A DNA stretch of 64,000 bases, taken from assembly GCF_009914755.1 (NCBI RefSeq), contig NC_060927.1; one strand, 5' to 3'. Source of the DNA: the human T2T-CHM13v2.0 reference genome, Homo sapiens. Positions 13,850 to 26,780 of the stretch are shown piece after piece; position 1 is the stretch's first letter, and each line of letters opens with the position of its first letter. Under the pieces are notes generated by a model. The model saw nothing but the letters and a program-made list of their open reading frames with translations, did not search any database and was not told the origin of the DNA. The translations under genes and the position numbers were made by a program.

Positions 13850-14400
13850 CGTGCTTTTCTTAAACACATGTAATCTGTTCTTCCCTCCCTCCCCCACTGT
13901 TCTAAAATTGCTTTCCCTGAGGTCCTTGGTGGCCTTGTAATTTATATTTGCAAAGACCTTTCTCAGCCTTCACTTAACATTTTCGCATTGACTGTGCTGA
14001 ACACTTCTTAGGATCCTCTCTATTCTTGGCCCCTGTTCTGGCCCTCTTCAATTGTTACTCTCCTCCTCTAAGCTGGTTTTACTTTCTCCTCTGTCTTCTA
14101 GATAGAGGTGATACAAAAACATGATCTTAGTTTTTCTGATCTTTTATTTTTAATTCTCTTAATTAGAATTTTCTTCCACCTTCATAGCTTCAACTATCAC
14201 CTTCTCATAAAAGACACTCAAGTGTATATTTCCTGTACTAAGATGCTTCTAGTTGCTTACTGGGTGTCTAGTTCCTTCCAAACATTTACCATTGAAACTG
14301 AGTCCATCACCTTTCCCCAAAATCCATCTTTCCCTTTGAATTCTCCACAAATAAACTGTACCGCTCATTTAATTCTGAAGATATTATCTTTTGTATTATT
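13850..14400 (+). mobile_element. L2 fragment
   Basis: CATAGCTTCAACTATCACCT...GACACTCAAGTGTATATTTCC. Confidence 0.55.
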
Positions 14401-14514
14401 TATTTAATTCTTTCATTTGTTGTTACCATATTTAAACAGTAATTATTTTGAGGGAAAGAATCGTATTTTCTACATCTCTATATTCCTGTATTCCTGATGA
14501 TTCTTATCCAGCAT

Positions 14515-14845
14515 TCTTTTTTTTTTTTTTTTTTTTTTTTTTTTGTGATAGAGTCTTGCTCTGTTGAGTCTTGCTCTGTTGTCCAGGCTTAAGTGCAGTG
14601 GTGGCACCATCATAACTCACCACACCCTCAACTTCTGGGATCAAGCAATTCTCCCACTTCAGCTTCCCGAGTGACTGAGACTACAGGCATGTGCCACCAT
14701 GCCCAGCTAATTTTTAAAAACTTTTTTGTAGAGACAGGTTCTCGCTCTTGCCCAGGCTGGTCTCAAACTCCTAAGTTCAAGTGATCCTCCCACCCCAGCC
14801 TCACAAAGCACTGGGACTACAGGCATGAGCCTCTGCACCCAGCCT
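14515..14845 (-). mobile_element. Alu (J-like) with internal 15-bp tandem duplication
   Basis: Long poly-T; GAGTCTTGCTCTGTT twice at 14551-14580. Confidence 0.92.
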
Positions 14846-15316
14846 CCTATGCAGTGTTCAATAAATGATTTTTATTAAGATGTTTCACCTAAGTTCCTAA
14901 TATTTTGCATATACTTCTCACTGTGGTAATTTTTGAAAGGGTTGACAGATTTTGATGAAAATGAATAGATATGAAGTGTAATTTTGGTTCAGACCACCGT
15001 CTTGAGACAAAATAGTAGCTACTAAATGTACTGACAGGAGAATTTCTGTAACTTATTAACAGTGGATTCCGTACAATTTTATATACCTCTGCAACTGAAT
15101 GTGTTCTGCTATTCAGAACTTCTGAAAGAGGAAGTTACCAGCCAAAGAAATTATGAGGCAAGTTGAAGGATCTAGTTAGGTTAGACTAAGCAGACACTCA
15201 AATGAGAGGGAAGGCAGAGCTAAAACTTCAAGACTGGGTTTCTCTACCTCATCTGGGAGAATACTGACAACAGGGCATATAAATTTTTGTCTTTTTGCCC
15301 AAAATATGAGGTACTG

Positions 15317-15641
<325 letters not shown>

Positions 15642-18499
15642 TCAAAGGAGACTAGAAAAAGTTTTTGAAGAATGGTGTCTGCCCCTACTTTGTGTGGCGG
15701 GGTGAAATACCACTATTTCACCAAGGGTAACCTGCGCCTCCTAAAACTTTTATTTCTCCCAAGACTAAGTTTACAGATTCTTAGAATTAATGAGTTGAAA
15801 AAGACTTGACCATCTAGTTCAAATCCCTCGTTCAGAGACATGCCACATGCTTCTTAATCCTGGTTGTATGTTAGGTTTTCTAATCTTGCCTCTGGGCCTT
15901 ATCTCTGAAGTCCTCACTCTGCACTGGCCCTAGAGTTTGAGTAATGCCATCCAAATGTAGGTATTGCTATTATATTAAAAATAACACTTTGCCTTGTTCA
16001 TATTTAATGAATTTTCCTATGAAAGATAGATTCATGTATCACTTTTCAGATATTTAACATCTGAAATTAAAAAAAAAATTAGCCCTAATGAACATTTTCT
16101 ACAATACATGGATCAAGAGTAGAGAGGAAATATTGGTCTCCACATCTCCCCTTTCCACTCCCCCAACACCAAATCCACTGTCTATAGGCATTTACACATT
16201 CCTTCTGTGATTGGATGATTCTGCCTTTTTCAAGGCTGAAAAATTCAAGTCAATTGACTCTCACAGATTTGAAGTTTTCTGCTGTGGTGTAAAAAATACA
16301 TCCATATTTCAATTGTTTTCACTTTAATTTATCAGTTGGCCACAATATATATAAAACAGAATTGCCTGGTGCTCAGAATGAAGTACCAAGTGATTCAAAT
16401 ATTGACTATTCTACTCAATTTCAATATAAACTTAAGCAAGTCACACACTTGTCCACTTATCCAGTAGATGAAACCGCAAAGGAGGAGAGTTTATCTGAAA
16501 AGTTCTTCTCTGGAGAAAGATACTTAGAAAATACAAATGGTCCTTACTAAAGACCCCAGCTCATCCCAGGAAGATCTGAGGAAAAGATGAGCAGACCCAA
16601 TGCTACTTCAGCTCACCTTTCTTAGCAGTCTTTTTTTTAAAAGCTCTGTTTTAATTGAACACTATGTTCCTGAGTCAGAAGAGTGCTTCAGTAAATCTGC
16701 CTTCCTGGGGCACAACGAATCACACACAGTCACACTTTCAGAAAGGCGAATCCTGCCAAACGTTGGCTGGACAAAAGATGGCTTTTTTTCTCCTCCAGCA
16801 AAAATTACTCAAATTGCTTGAGAAAGAAACACAGTATGTTTATCCCTGTTTACAGATATTTAGCTAGTGCCCCTTCAGAGGGTCATGTTCCTATAAACAG
16901 CATCATGATAATTATATCCACTGCTGCAAAGAACAGATGTGTAAATTGGTGGTTTCTTGGGGGAAAATAATACCAAGTCCATTTTCCAGAAATGTACACA
17001 GTACAGTGCAGCTGTAACATTCTGTGCAGAGGTCTCATTAGTGTCTATTACTGAGTGAGGTGATTTTTAAAGAATATGGAAATTCACGGGGGGCATCTAG
17101 CAGGGAGGTCCAGAGACACCTAGGAAATGATTCAGATGGTTTGGTATATTTAAAAATTTCTAGTGATACTGGGCAAATCTCCACATCTAAAGAAAGTAGT
17201 AATAAATCTTTGATTATAAAGTTTTCCAGGCAAGAAATATGTATGAGTAGAGGGTAGGATTAGGAAACTTCTCATGCCCCACACACCTCTGAGATCTGTG
17301 TAACTTAGGTATAGACTAAACTTTAGTGAGGCCAGGTTGCATCAAGGTGGTCAAATTTTCGATCTGTGAACACCAGAATATTTCTAAACTCATTGCTGAA
17401 GGGTCTGGCAGGGATCAGGGTTCCTGAAACTAGAGTCAATGGTTCCTTATTTAAAAAGCCAATGTTACCTTGGACACAAGAATTAGATGAAATCCTTTCT
17501 GCTAATGAATTTATTTTGTTGTAGATACTTGCTTTTCCCCAGGGTATATATTTATGTGACTATATGGTAATCAGTATTATCCCTAAAAATTAAAACACAA
17601 CACTAAGGTCAGCTTATTGTATTAGAATAGCTATTGAACAGGTCTGTTATTACAAATATGCATATCACTATAAGCTTCACTATCTTCTCTCTGCAAAATT
17701 CTCTTAAATCATGTCAAATAGTATGTACAGAATATTATATACAGGGATCTAGTGTCTGCCTGAAGGATGGGATTTCTCCTGAACTGGGGCTATCAGTACC
17801 TTCACATGTACCAAAACTTTGCATAAGACCAATATATATTTCATAACTTAGTAAATGTGATAAAACACTGAAAGTTAATTTGCATTTTCATTGAATACTA
17901 TAATATTCAATGACATTATGCAAAACTGGGGCATTTTGCTTCTGGGACAGAAAAGTATAAACTATTTCTTTTAAGCTATGCTTCTATAATTCCACACGAA
18001 CTACCCAGGAGGATCAAAGCATGTTAGAATGACTGAAATACAACAGGAACAGTCTAGTCTGTTAATCTGGATTTTTCAGGCCTGGGATGGAAGGATAATA
18101 AATTGAGGCCTGCCACATGCCTTAGGCCAAAGCATGCCTTTGACACTAATGATCTAATTCAGTTATCTACTTTGTCCAAAATTCAGCCTTCTCATACTCT
18201 GTGCCCTGGGGACATAAACAAAAACACAGGGGGTGATGAGGTAGCCCCAGCTCTATCTGGGGCTCTACTGACTCACTCTCTTGGTCTCAGTTTCAAGGGC
18301 TATGAAATGTCATGGTGTGATGGTCTCTTCTAGGCCTTGTGTCTTATGTTCAGTGGGTCTATGCATGCTGGAATTTAGAATAGTGATTCTTGGTCATTTG
18401 TGTGGGATAGCGGCTGCTGGGTATCCACTTGACTTGAAAGTAAAGAGGTAATGGGGTAGAAATAGAAAATTCTGAATTGTTTAATATAAAATCAAGGAA

Positions 18500-18695
18500 G
18501 CTGTTTCCAATCAGGACTGTGGTTCAGGTCTAAGGACCATAGATGCAGCCCACTAGCACATTTACTAACATGCAGTTTGGGCTCTTTATACTAGGCTCCC
18601 TCGACCAGCATCTCTGAAAGTTGAACCTATGAATTGGATTTAAACAAGCCTCTTTGGTGTAAATATGTATACTGAGGGTGGGGAATCCCTGATCT
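18500..18695. mobile_element. MER5-like hAT relic
   Basis: CATCTCTG...TTTAAACAAGC...GAATCCCTGATCTA pattern. Confidence 0.45.
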
Positions 18696-19894
18696 AGGTA
18701 AAAGAGGACTTTTTCTGCTAATCTGAAATTTGGTTGGGAGAAAATGATGTAATCTACCTAAACTTCGATTTTGTAATAATAGAAATGTTATCTTTCCATC
18801 GTTCTCAGAAAGTAAAAGTGTATCAGTGAAACAGCCCCTTAGAGAAGTTTCTTAGAAAAGCAAGCAATTTCCTAGTAAAAAATGGATTGTATTTCAAAAA
18901 GAAATTGTTAAACTTGAAACATAAAAGGCTTTCCCCACAGAAATAACCTAAAATTTCCAGACCTGTCTGTAAAACTCAGATTGATCCAAAATGTAACTGA
19001 AATTCTATATGTTTGCAATGGAAACATAGAAGAAAATAATGTTACTGGGCTTCGGAGTGTAATAGAACCATTTCCTCATATATAATTTCATTAAAAATGC
19101 AAAAATATAAAAAACTATATACACACGTACTTGCGTATAATTTCCCTTTTCTAGTCTACAAGTATTATGGTAGCCCACCCTCAACAGTACTGACAATGAA
19201 AATTATAGCAAAACTCTTTTGTATTAGTTACTTCTGTGTCATAATGAGAGTCTCAAGATAAATGAAAGGAGGGATGGATAAAACGATTTCTTATGATGGG
19301 CAAAGGTTGGAAGAAACATCATGTGGGGAGAGGGCAAAGAGAAAACAGATAAAAAGAGAATAAAAGAGGAAATGAGTGGCTTATGTGAGCAAGCGATGAG
19401 CTAAAGTGGAAGTGTAGGAGAGGTGAGTTGCTTAGGTCTAAGGAGAAAGACTGCTTAGGTGTGTGTTCACCCCCAGGACGAAGAAAGGAACACTGGGTGA
19501 GATTTTGTTCAACTACCCATAGTTACCACCAGATGGTGAAACTGATCCCGGGCCTCTTGGGTATTGATCAGTTTATGGGGAGATGGGGAGAAGACTATCT
19601 TTCACTTGTTAATTCATTAATTTCTTTCGCAAATATTTTTTCAGTACCTGCTAAGTCCCATGGACTATGCTAGGAGCTGCTGTTAAAATGACAAACCAGA
19701 TAAGGTCACTGCCCTTAATCAACTTACAGTTGGGTGAGAAGCTATCAGGTACAAGTATGGCCCTAGAACAAATTAGTCTTTTCTAGTTAATAATCTTATG
19801 TGATGAGATTTGGCCTTGCTCCTTTGGTGACTTGCCTCAAGGAGCCCCAGGCAAAACCAATGTAACATATATTAATAATATATGAAATAATATA

Positions 19895-20016
19895 TTTTGT
19901 AGACACAATTGCCTTATGTTGTCCAGGCTAGCCTCGAACTCCTGAGCTCAAGCAATCCTCCCCACCTCTGCCTCCCAAAGTTCTGGGATTACAGACGTGA
20001 GCCGCCGTACCCAGCC
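19895..20016 (-). mobile_element. FLAM / Alu left-monomer fragment
   Basis: CTCCCAAAGTTCTGGGATTACAGACGTGAGCC. Confidence 0.85.
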
Positions 20017-20559
20017 AAAAATGTTTATTTTGATTAGATGACTGGTATTAATCTGATTAACCAAAGAGACAAGGTATTACTAAATTCCTCATCCCTGGTA
20101 ACATTTCCATGTTAGCTGTTTTCTATTTGTTTTTTCTTTTCCACAATGGTGCGGCCTAGAAACAGTTAACCTTCTTCGGGCTATTACATACCTTAGACAT
20201 ATAAAAAAGCTATGAGCATTCAACACTGAAATAATCATATAAACCAAACATACTGCACACTACTTCAGGGATACTCTGAAGCCCATCCTTAGACCCCAGA
20301 CTCAAACAAAACAAAATACGATGTAAAGAACTGACACAAATCATCGGAGTTTAGAGAACAACGTGACGGGCAGCAGAGGAGAGGAGAGGGTTGAAGCAAA
20401 CTTTTTTGGTTTTTTTTTCCTAAGTAGGGCTGGTTCTGGCTTGTCTTCCTTCTCCCCACTTTGCTTCTTACTCTTGGGCTTACAAACTGCCTGGTTTCCC
20501 TTCTCCAAGTCAGGGCTTCGTTTCTCTGCCTTGGCCTTCCTACCCCACCTTCTGCGTTC

Positions 20560-21330
20560 TGACTCAATGAGGCCCTTTTCGCGTCTCATTTTCTGCCTTC
20601 TTTAGGCGTTCCCTCGGCGGCTCTGCAGTGTGATCTCATCTCTTTGTTTCTCCCCGGCTGCCGTCAGTCACCGGCTCTCTGCGCCCCCACCCGCGCGGGC
20701 TCGCGGCCGTGCTGCGGGCGTGGCCTCAGCCGCTGAGACCCTGGGGACCGCAGGGCGTGGCGCGGCCTCCGCCCGCTGCACGGAGAGCCCCCCAGAGGCA
20801 GCGACACGGCGCTTGGGGTCCGCGGGGCTCCTCCTCCAACTCCGCAGACCTCCGGGGAGGCCTCTTGCTCCCCGAACACCCGGGAGTTCGCTTTCATTTT
20901 TAACGAATCTCCACAATCTCTTGTTTGGGAGATAATTGCTTCTTTCAGGGGCTTGGAGAACAAAAGCGTCAGCCCAGGGCCCCAGGTCTCTCCGCGGGAG
21001 GAGGGCACCCAGGGGCGATGCGCCGGGCTCTCTCCTTCGCCCTTCTTGGCCCGCTCGCCTTCAGCTCCCACCCGCAGCAGCAACCGCAGCCTGCTTCCGG
21101 GGACTGAGCAGCCCTGGGTCAGCCAAGGTTAAGCAGCGGGTGGGGAAGAGGAGAGAAAGCTGGATCAATTGGAAGTAACCTTCTTGTACCGCCCACTTTT
21201 TCCTTGCTTGGAGGCGGCAAAAAGCACTTTAGCATTCTTCGGGCTGTTTGCGCCTCTTTCTCTAACAGGGCCAGGGGAGTGGAAGAGCGGCCGGCAGGAA
21301 GGTTTCTTTGTCAGCAAAAGCGGACCTTTG
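20560..21330. promoter_or_regulatory. Intronic (orphan) CpG island, candidate alternative promoter or enhancer
   Basis: Abrupt GC/CpG-rich non-repetitive block in an AT-rich intron. AP-1 TGACTCA at 20560-20566, GGGCGTGG SP/KLF sites, EGR-like CGCCCCCAC. Confidence 0.85.
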
Positions 21331-21990
21331 GAAACTAAACAGCAATGCTCTGTCTTTAGAAGACAGCACAGGAAGGAACAAACAGCTGAGGAGTGAAGGC
21401 CAGAGACCCCATTTGGAAAACAATGGCCCTTCATGATTATTACTATTTTTAAAAAGTTTTCTAGGCTTTTTCATTTGAACTTTCCATTTCTCACTATGAA
21501 ATGCAGGTTCTATAGACAATTGCACACAAGTTTCTTTTTCGGGGGGGAGGGTAAACGAAGCAGGTGGAAAGAAGTGAGATGATTGTAGACGTGGCCAAAT
21601 TTAGACTTGGTGTGAGATTTCCTCTTCGCTTGGAAACACATGGCACCAGCATGCATTTGTTCATTCATTCAATAATGTGAATGAACATTAAACACTACGA
21701 TGTGATGGGCTTTGTCACAGGCTGTAAGTGGCTTCAGGTCCACATGAAAGGAGAGCGAAAAATTAAAATAAAATATTAGAGAGAAAAGGGAAGAGGGGCA
21801 AGGTGTCAGGCAGCAAGCTTCTTAGGGTCAGAATGGGTCCCCATCCCTAAAAGCTGATGACTGAAGAGACCCACGAGGGTAGACGAGCTGTAGAGAGACA
21901 ATACTGCATCTGCCAGTGATGAGTTTAGGAAGCTCATGAGGGTTAGAACCTTCCCTCTCTGTTTTCTGACCTCTTTTTCTTTTTAAATAG

Positions 21991-22077
21991 GTTGAAGCCA
22001 ACTGTGGTAGAGGATAACAGTGATTCGCGTATCTTATTTATTTATTTTTAGCAGCCCCCTCCCCCGCAACTAGGACA
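21991..22077 (+). other. Candidate 87-bp non-coding or poison exon
   Basis: Branch CTGAC 21966-21970, tract CTCTTTTTCTTTTT, TAG acceptor; donor ACA|GTGAGT at 22078. Confidence 0.45.
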
Positions 22078-22799
22078 GTGAGTTCCATTCAGATTTTCAA
22101 CACAGCTAAAAACTTGGCTTTAAAACTTGTGAAGGGAGACATTTCTTTAGAATCTTTCACTTTTTTCATCGCAGAGGCTTTGGGGGAATGTTTAGCTTTT
22201 TGCTGAATCATGAAGGGTTTGTTACTGCATTCTGAGAGGGTAGGAATTAGATGCCTAAAGGATGGTGTCTGCTTTCCTGTTGAGGTGGTTTATTTAACAG
22301 TTCATAGAGGCATGCAGGTCAAGTCATCCTTAACTGTACAGAGTCAAGGGTATTGCCACATGGGAGGCTGGCCAGCGGAGAAGTTTGGTGCTCTCTCAGT
22401 TTGGAGATCCTCATGTTGTATACATATTCCAAAATTCCCAGTAATTATGTACCTATAATTATATACCTATAAATACCATTCCAGATACTAGAATAAGATC
22501 ACAGATAACTTCTTAGATGTTTCTTTTCTAGAGAAATAGGGAAACAGAACATATATACATTTGCACACAATTCAAACTTACACTTTGAATGTTTGTCTTA
22601 AATCTCCTAGTCAACTCCCTTAATGTACAGACAAAGAAACAGATCCAGAGAAGTGAAGAGACTTTCATAAAGTTGGAGTCAGGTTGGGATATGTCAGGCC
22701 TGGCCTTCTTGCTGCTGATTATTTCTCTGAATTTTATAATAGAGGCACCTCTGAAACTGTCTGAAACTTTTCATTTAAAGAGATATTCAAAAAGAACTG

Positions 22800-22995
22800 T
22801 AGATTTCTCAGAACGGGTGTGTTTAGTCTGAGTGTTGTGGGCCAGTATATTTCATCATTGAATGTGCAAAAGATTTGTTAAAATGGAGATATTGGTTCAG
22901 TGGGCCTGGGCGGGGTGACAGTCTGCATTGCCAGCCCAAACTGCCCTTAGTGGTGCAGATGTTGCTGGTCCACATGTGGAACGGCTAGGCTGTAG
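22800..22995. mobile_element. MER5-like hAT relic
   Basis: TTGTTAAAATG...TTCAGTGGGCCTGGG...TCTGCATT...GATGTTGCTGGTCC. Confidence 0.55.
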
Positions 22996-23617
22996 ACAGC
23001 ATCTGTCCTCCTTGCCTTTCCTTCTTGCTGAGGGAACAGCCCTGGGGATTTAAGAAGCCCTTTTTGTTTCTGTTGCCAGGTCACTGTGCTCCCTTAGCTA
23101 ATCTCGATAGCTTTCACTGCCTTGTCTTCATCCAGATCTAAGATTGTTAGAAATAGTCCCTAGAGACAGGTGTCTTGAGCTGGAGGGTGTGATCCTTTGT
23201 ATAGTGACTTAGCACCATTTAACTTGGTTCCACAAAATGTTTCTTTCACACATAAGCAATTTACTCAACTCAGATTGTTAAAAAAAAAACTGTTTTTCCT
23301 TCCACAAGTGTCCTCCCAGCTGCAGCTCATTGCACTCCCTTGCAGCTGGGAGTGCAGCTGGCATGCTGCTAGCTCACTGGTCTGGCCCTTCCACTGGAAC
23401 CCAGCAAGTTTTTTGTGCTTTTTTTCACCACTCTCTTCTATCCTGCACTTCTGCATGTGACGCCTAGATTTAGCTGTAAGTGCCTTTGTGCAGCATCTGA
23501 GTTGAGCAAGCTGCTAAGATATAACTGGGCAGAGGTTCTTCTAAGGCAGGCAAACTTCAGTGTCACCCAAAGGGTGGTTTGACTTGGCTTTGCTTTGTCA
23601 AGCCCACCGGGCTTTGA

Positions 23618-23942
<325 letters not shown>

Positions 23943-25685
23943 ATATGACTTTGAATCGCAAGTTTGGCTTGGGGAGAAACTAGGGCTTTTTTTTTTTTTT
24001 TTTTTTTTTTACCTGGGAGCTGTCAAATTGCAAACCACAGGGCATGCTCACAAGAGAAGTGGGAAGATAGGGACCATTTCATGAATTTCTCAAATGCCAA
24101 AGCAATGCATATTTTCTTAGCTTGATAAGCAATGGGAATGTCTAAAGTTTGTTTTTGGTGGGGGTCGGGGGGAAGGGGAAGGGCATATTGTAATGAAACC
24201 ACAATTCTATTTTAGCTTACTCTGATAAAATATGTTGCACAGAGTGGAAGACAGACTAAGGAAGAGAGCTTCTTAGATTGAATGTTATAGTGTTAGCTTT
24301 TATTGTCAGTTTTAAACCTTAAAATATGAGAATAGTACTTCTAGGTAGAATTTCTGACATTTGGTAAAAGGAGAATCTTCGTCTAGGTCCTCCCTGCATA
24401 CCCACTGCACTATCGCCACCAGCTACTTCTGTTATTGCCTTGATTCTCTGCAGTGATTTAAACCTTCTGTTGTATGTTTCTTGGGTGCTTCCATATCTTC
24501 CATATCATGGCATAGTCACTCAGATGCATACTCATTTACCAGAGGCTGCAGAGGTATCAGGCAACTTTGGTTTGTTCAGCTTACCGGGTTTTGATATGAC
24601 TTTGAATTGCAAATTTGGCTTGGGGATAAATTAGGGAATTTTCTATGTAGTAACTGTCAAATTGCAAACCACAGAGAGAGTTGGCTACTGGATTTTTCTG
24701 GGAATCATTTATTCCTAGTCTTGGGTATAATTCTGAGCTGATACAGTAATATGGGAAATTCTTGGTTTCTGAGAAGTAAATCAGAATCCTGGTAAGAGTG
24801 GTGACATCACCTCTTGAACTCAGGAGAGTCTCCAGGACTTTTTATGCAGCAACACATCTGTAAAGCTCCCCATTGTTGGAGTTTCACTAATTTGGTGCTC
24901 TGTACATCCCTTTGGGCCATGTGACATCACTTATGAGAGGGTTGTGGCATGTCTCATAGTGTTGTATATGTCAAGTAGAAAGTTATTTTCATTGACCTCA
25001 AGACTGCAGAATTAGACAATATCTCCCTATTTTTACCCAATTTAGCCAAATTCTTTCATTCAAAGATTAGATTATTATTAATCCCTGAACGCAGGTTCAT
25101 AGGAATTAATTCAAGAGTCGTAAAATTTGCTTGCCTGGTTTCCAAACTAAATAAAAGGGAATTTTCTTTCTTTGATGGCTCCAAAGGGTTCGGTGTTTCT
25201 CCCTGCAGAACCACAAAGTGGGAGGTGTGCTGCTGCTTTGTACCATGAACTACACAGTCATCAAACATATACATTTTCTCCACAACCTATGCTGCATAAA
25301 TAATATGATACTTTCTGAGTATCATTCGATTCAGAGCAATTTGTACGGCATGCGTGAAACAGTTCTAGATGGGGTTTCCTTATATACCTCACTACAATTG
25401 TGAAAAAAAGGAACACGAATAGTTGGTTCAAGTAAAAAGCAATGTTTAATTCAGGAACTCAGGCTGAATTTAAATCCTCACACTCAGGAATAAATCGCAG
25501 AACCTTCTCTTTACCACCTGCTCAATCCCTTCCTTCTGATAAGAATGCATAAGGTTGACTCTAGTCCATTCATCTGCTTTTCTCATTTATTAAATAGCCA
25601 TAGTTCCTGACCTGATGCCCTCTCCCTCCCTCTTCTCCCAGTATTGCTTTCCCTGCTCTCTGATATTTTTCTCTTTTGCTTTCAG

Positions 25686-25943
25686 AATTAAAAGGGAACC
25701 TGGTCTCTGGGTTGTTTTCAACATCTCAAGTGTGAATTTTCCCTGTCAAAATCTTCACAAGGAAAATGAGTCACAGCATCACCTGGGTGACGAGGTCATA
25801 ACACCTCAGCCCTTGCTTAAAAAATTTTATTTCTACTTTTCTATTGTAAAGAGATCTCAAAACAGGAAGATAAAATTGGACTGACAGCTCTACAGCCTAG
25901 TCTTTTAGACAGTGAACTAGGCCAGCATTGGCAGACACTGGCG
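25686..25943 (+). other. GAP43: 5' untranslated part of the GAP43 alternative exon
   Basis: Branch-like CTGAT at 25660, tract TTTTTCTCTTTTGCTTTCAG with AG at 25684-25685; total exon 396 bp. Confidence 0.7.
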
Positions 25944-26081
25944 ATGACAAAGTCCTGCTCTGAATTATGCCACCCCGCACTCCACTTTTTACCTTGCCTG
26001 GGAGGCTTGAGGAAAAATCTTCAGAGAGCAGTTCGACCTAGTCCTTATTCACTTGGCTTCTTGACTTTCTGGATTTCAAGG
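25944..26081 (+). CDS. GAP43: Coding part of GAP43 alternative exon: 46-aa N-terminus of the long (274-aa) isoform
   Basis: ATG at 25944 reads MTKSCSELCHPALHFLPCLGGLRKNLQRAVRPSPYSLGFLTFWISR and ends at a phase-0 donor AGG|GTAATT, in frame with the exon at 38177 (46+228=274 aa). Matches my recollection of the long isoform. Too short for the ORF track. Confidence 0.85.
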
Positions 26082-26109
26082 GTAATTTTACCTCACATGT
26101 AACCTATAC

Positions 26110-26370
26110 AAGTATTTTAGGTTAAAACCCTGACTCTGCCACTTACTAGCTGTATGACTTTGAGCAAATTACTTAATTACTTAACTAATGTCCTTCTACT
26201 TAGTCTTTTCATCTGTAAGATAATAGTACCCATTGCATAGTTTTGTTCTTAGAATTGAATTAGTTAATATACAAACTATATGCAATAAATATGTTTGGGG
26301 TGTGTATATATCATATAAAAGTGCTTAGAAGAGTGCTTGACATATAGTTTTAGAATTTGCTATTATTATG
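26110..26370 (+). mobile_element. MIR
   Basis: CTCTGCCACTTACTAGCTGTATGACTTTGAGCAAATTACTTAA core. Confidence 0.75.
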
Positions 26371-26609
26371 TTCTCCAAGCATATGAGGGTATTTTATGTC
26401 ATTACTTTTAAAGGTCGCTTTTTTATATGTGTTAGTGGGAGGCATTTATTATTTTTTTAAGTGTGCATATCCCTGAAACATCCCTCTGTGGAGCTATAAA
26501 AGAAAACTATAAAATATTTACCATATAATTCACTCAATCCCCAGTCTCCAGAAAGTAACAATTTGTACTTCATTTGTATTGTCTTCTTCCAGGCATTTTA
26601 CAAATACTA

Positions 26610-26780
26610 TTTTCTTTCATCCTCAAAAAAATTCTGCACAATAGGTAATAGGATTCTAATATGGGTGATAAGAAAACTGAAATTTAGAGAAATTAAGTAA
26701 TTTATCCCAGGTCATACATTTAAGCAGTGAATGAGCCAGGATTCAAACTCAGATCTTTTGACCCCAAAACCATGCCAGGT
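26610..26780 (-). mobile_element. MIR
   Basis: GAAAACTGA...AAGTAATTTATCCCAGGTCATAC...GAGCCAGGATTCAAACTCAG. Confidence 0.7.

Noticed and set aside
20289-21525. Cluster of overlapping ORFs on both strands
   Set aside because: Expected from stop-codon scarcity in a CpG island; no recognisable protein
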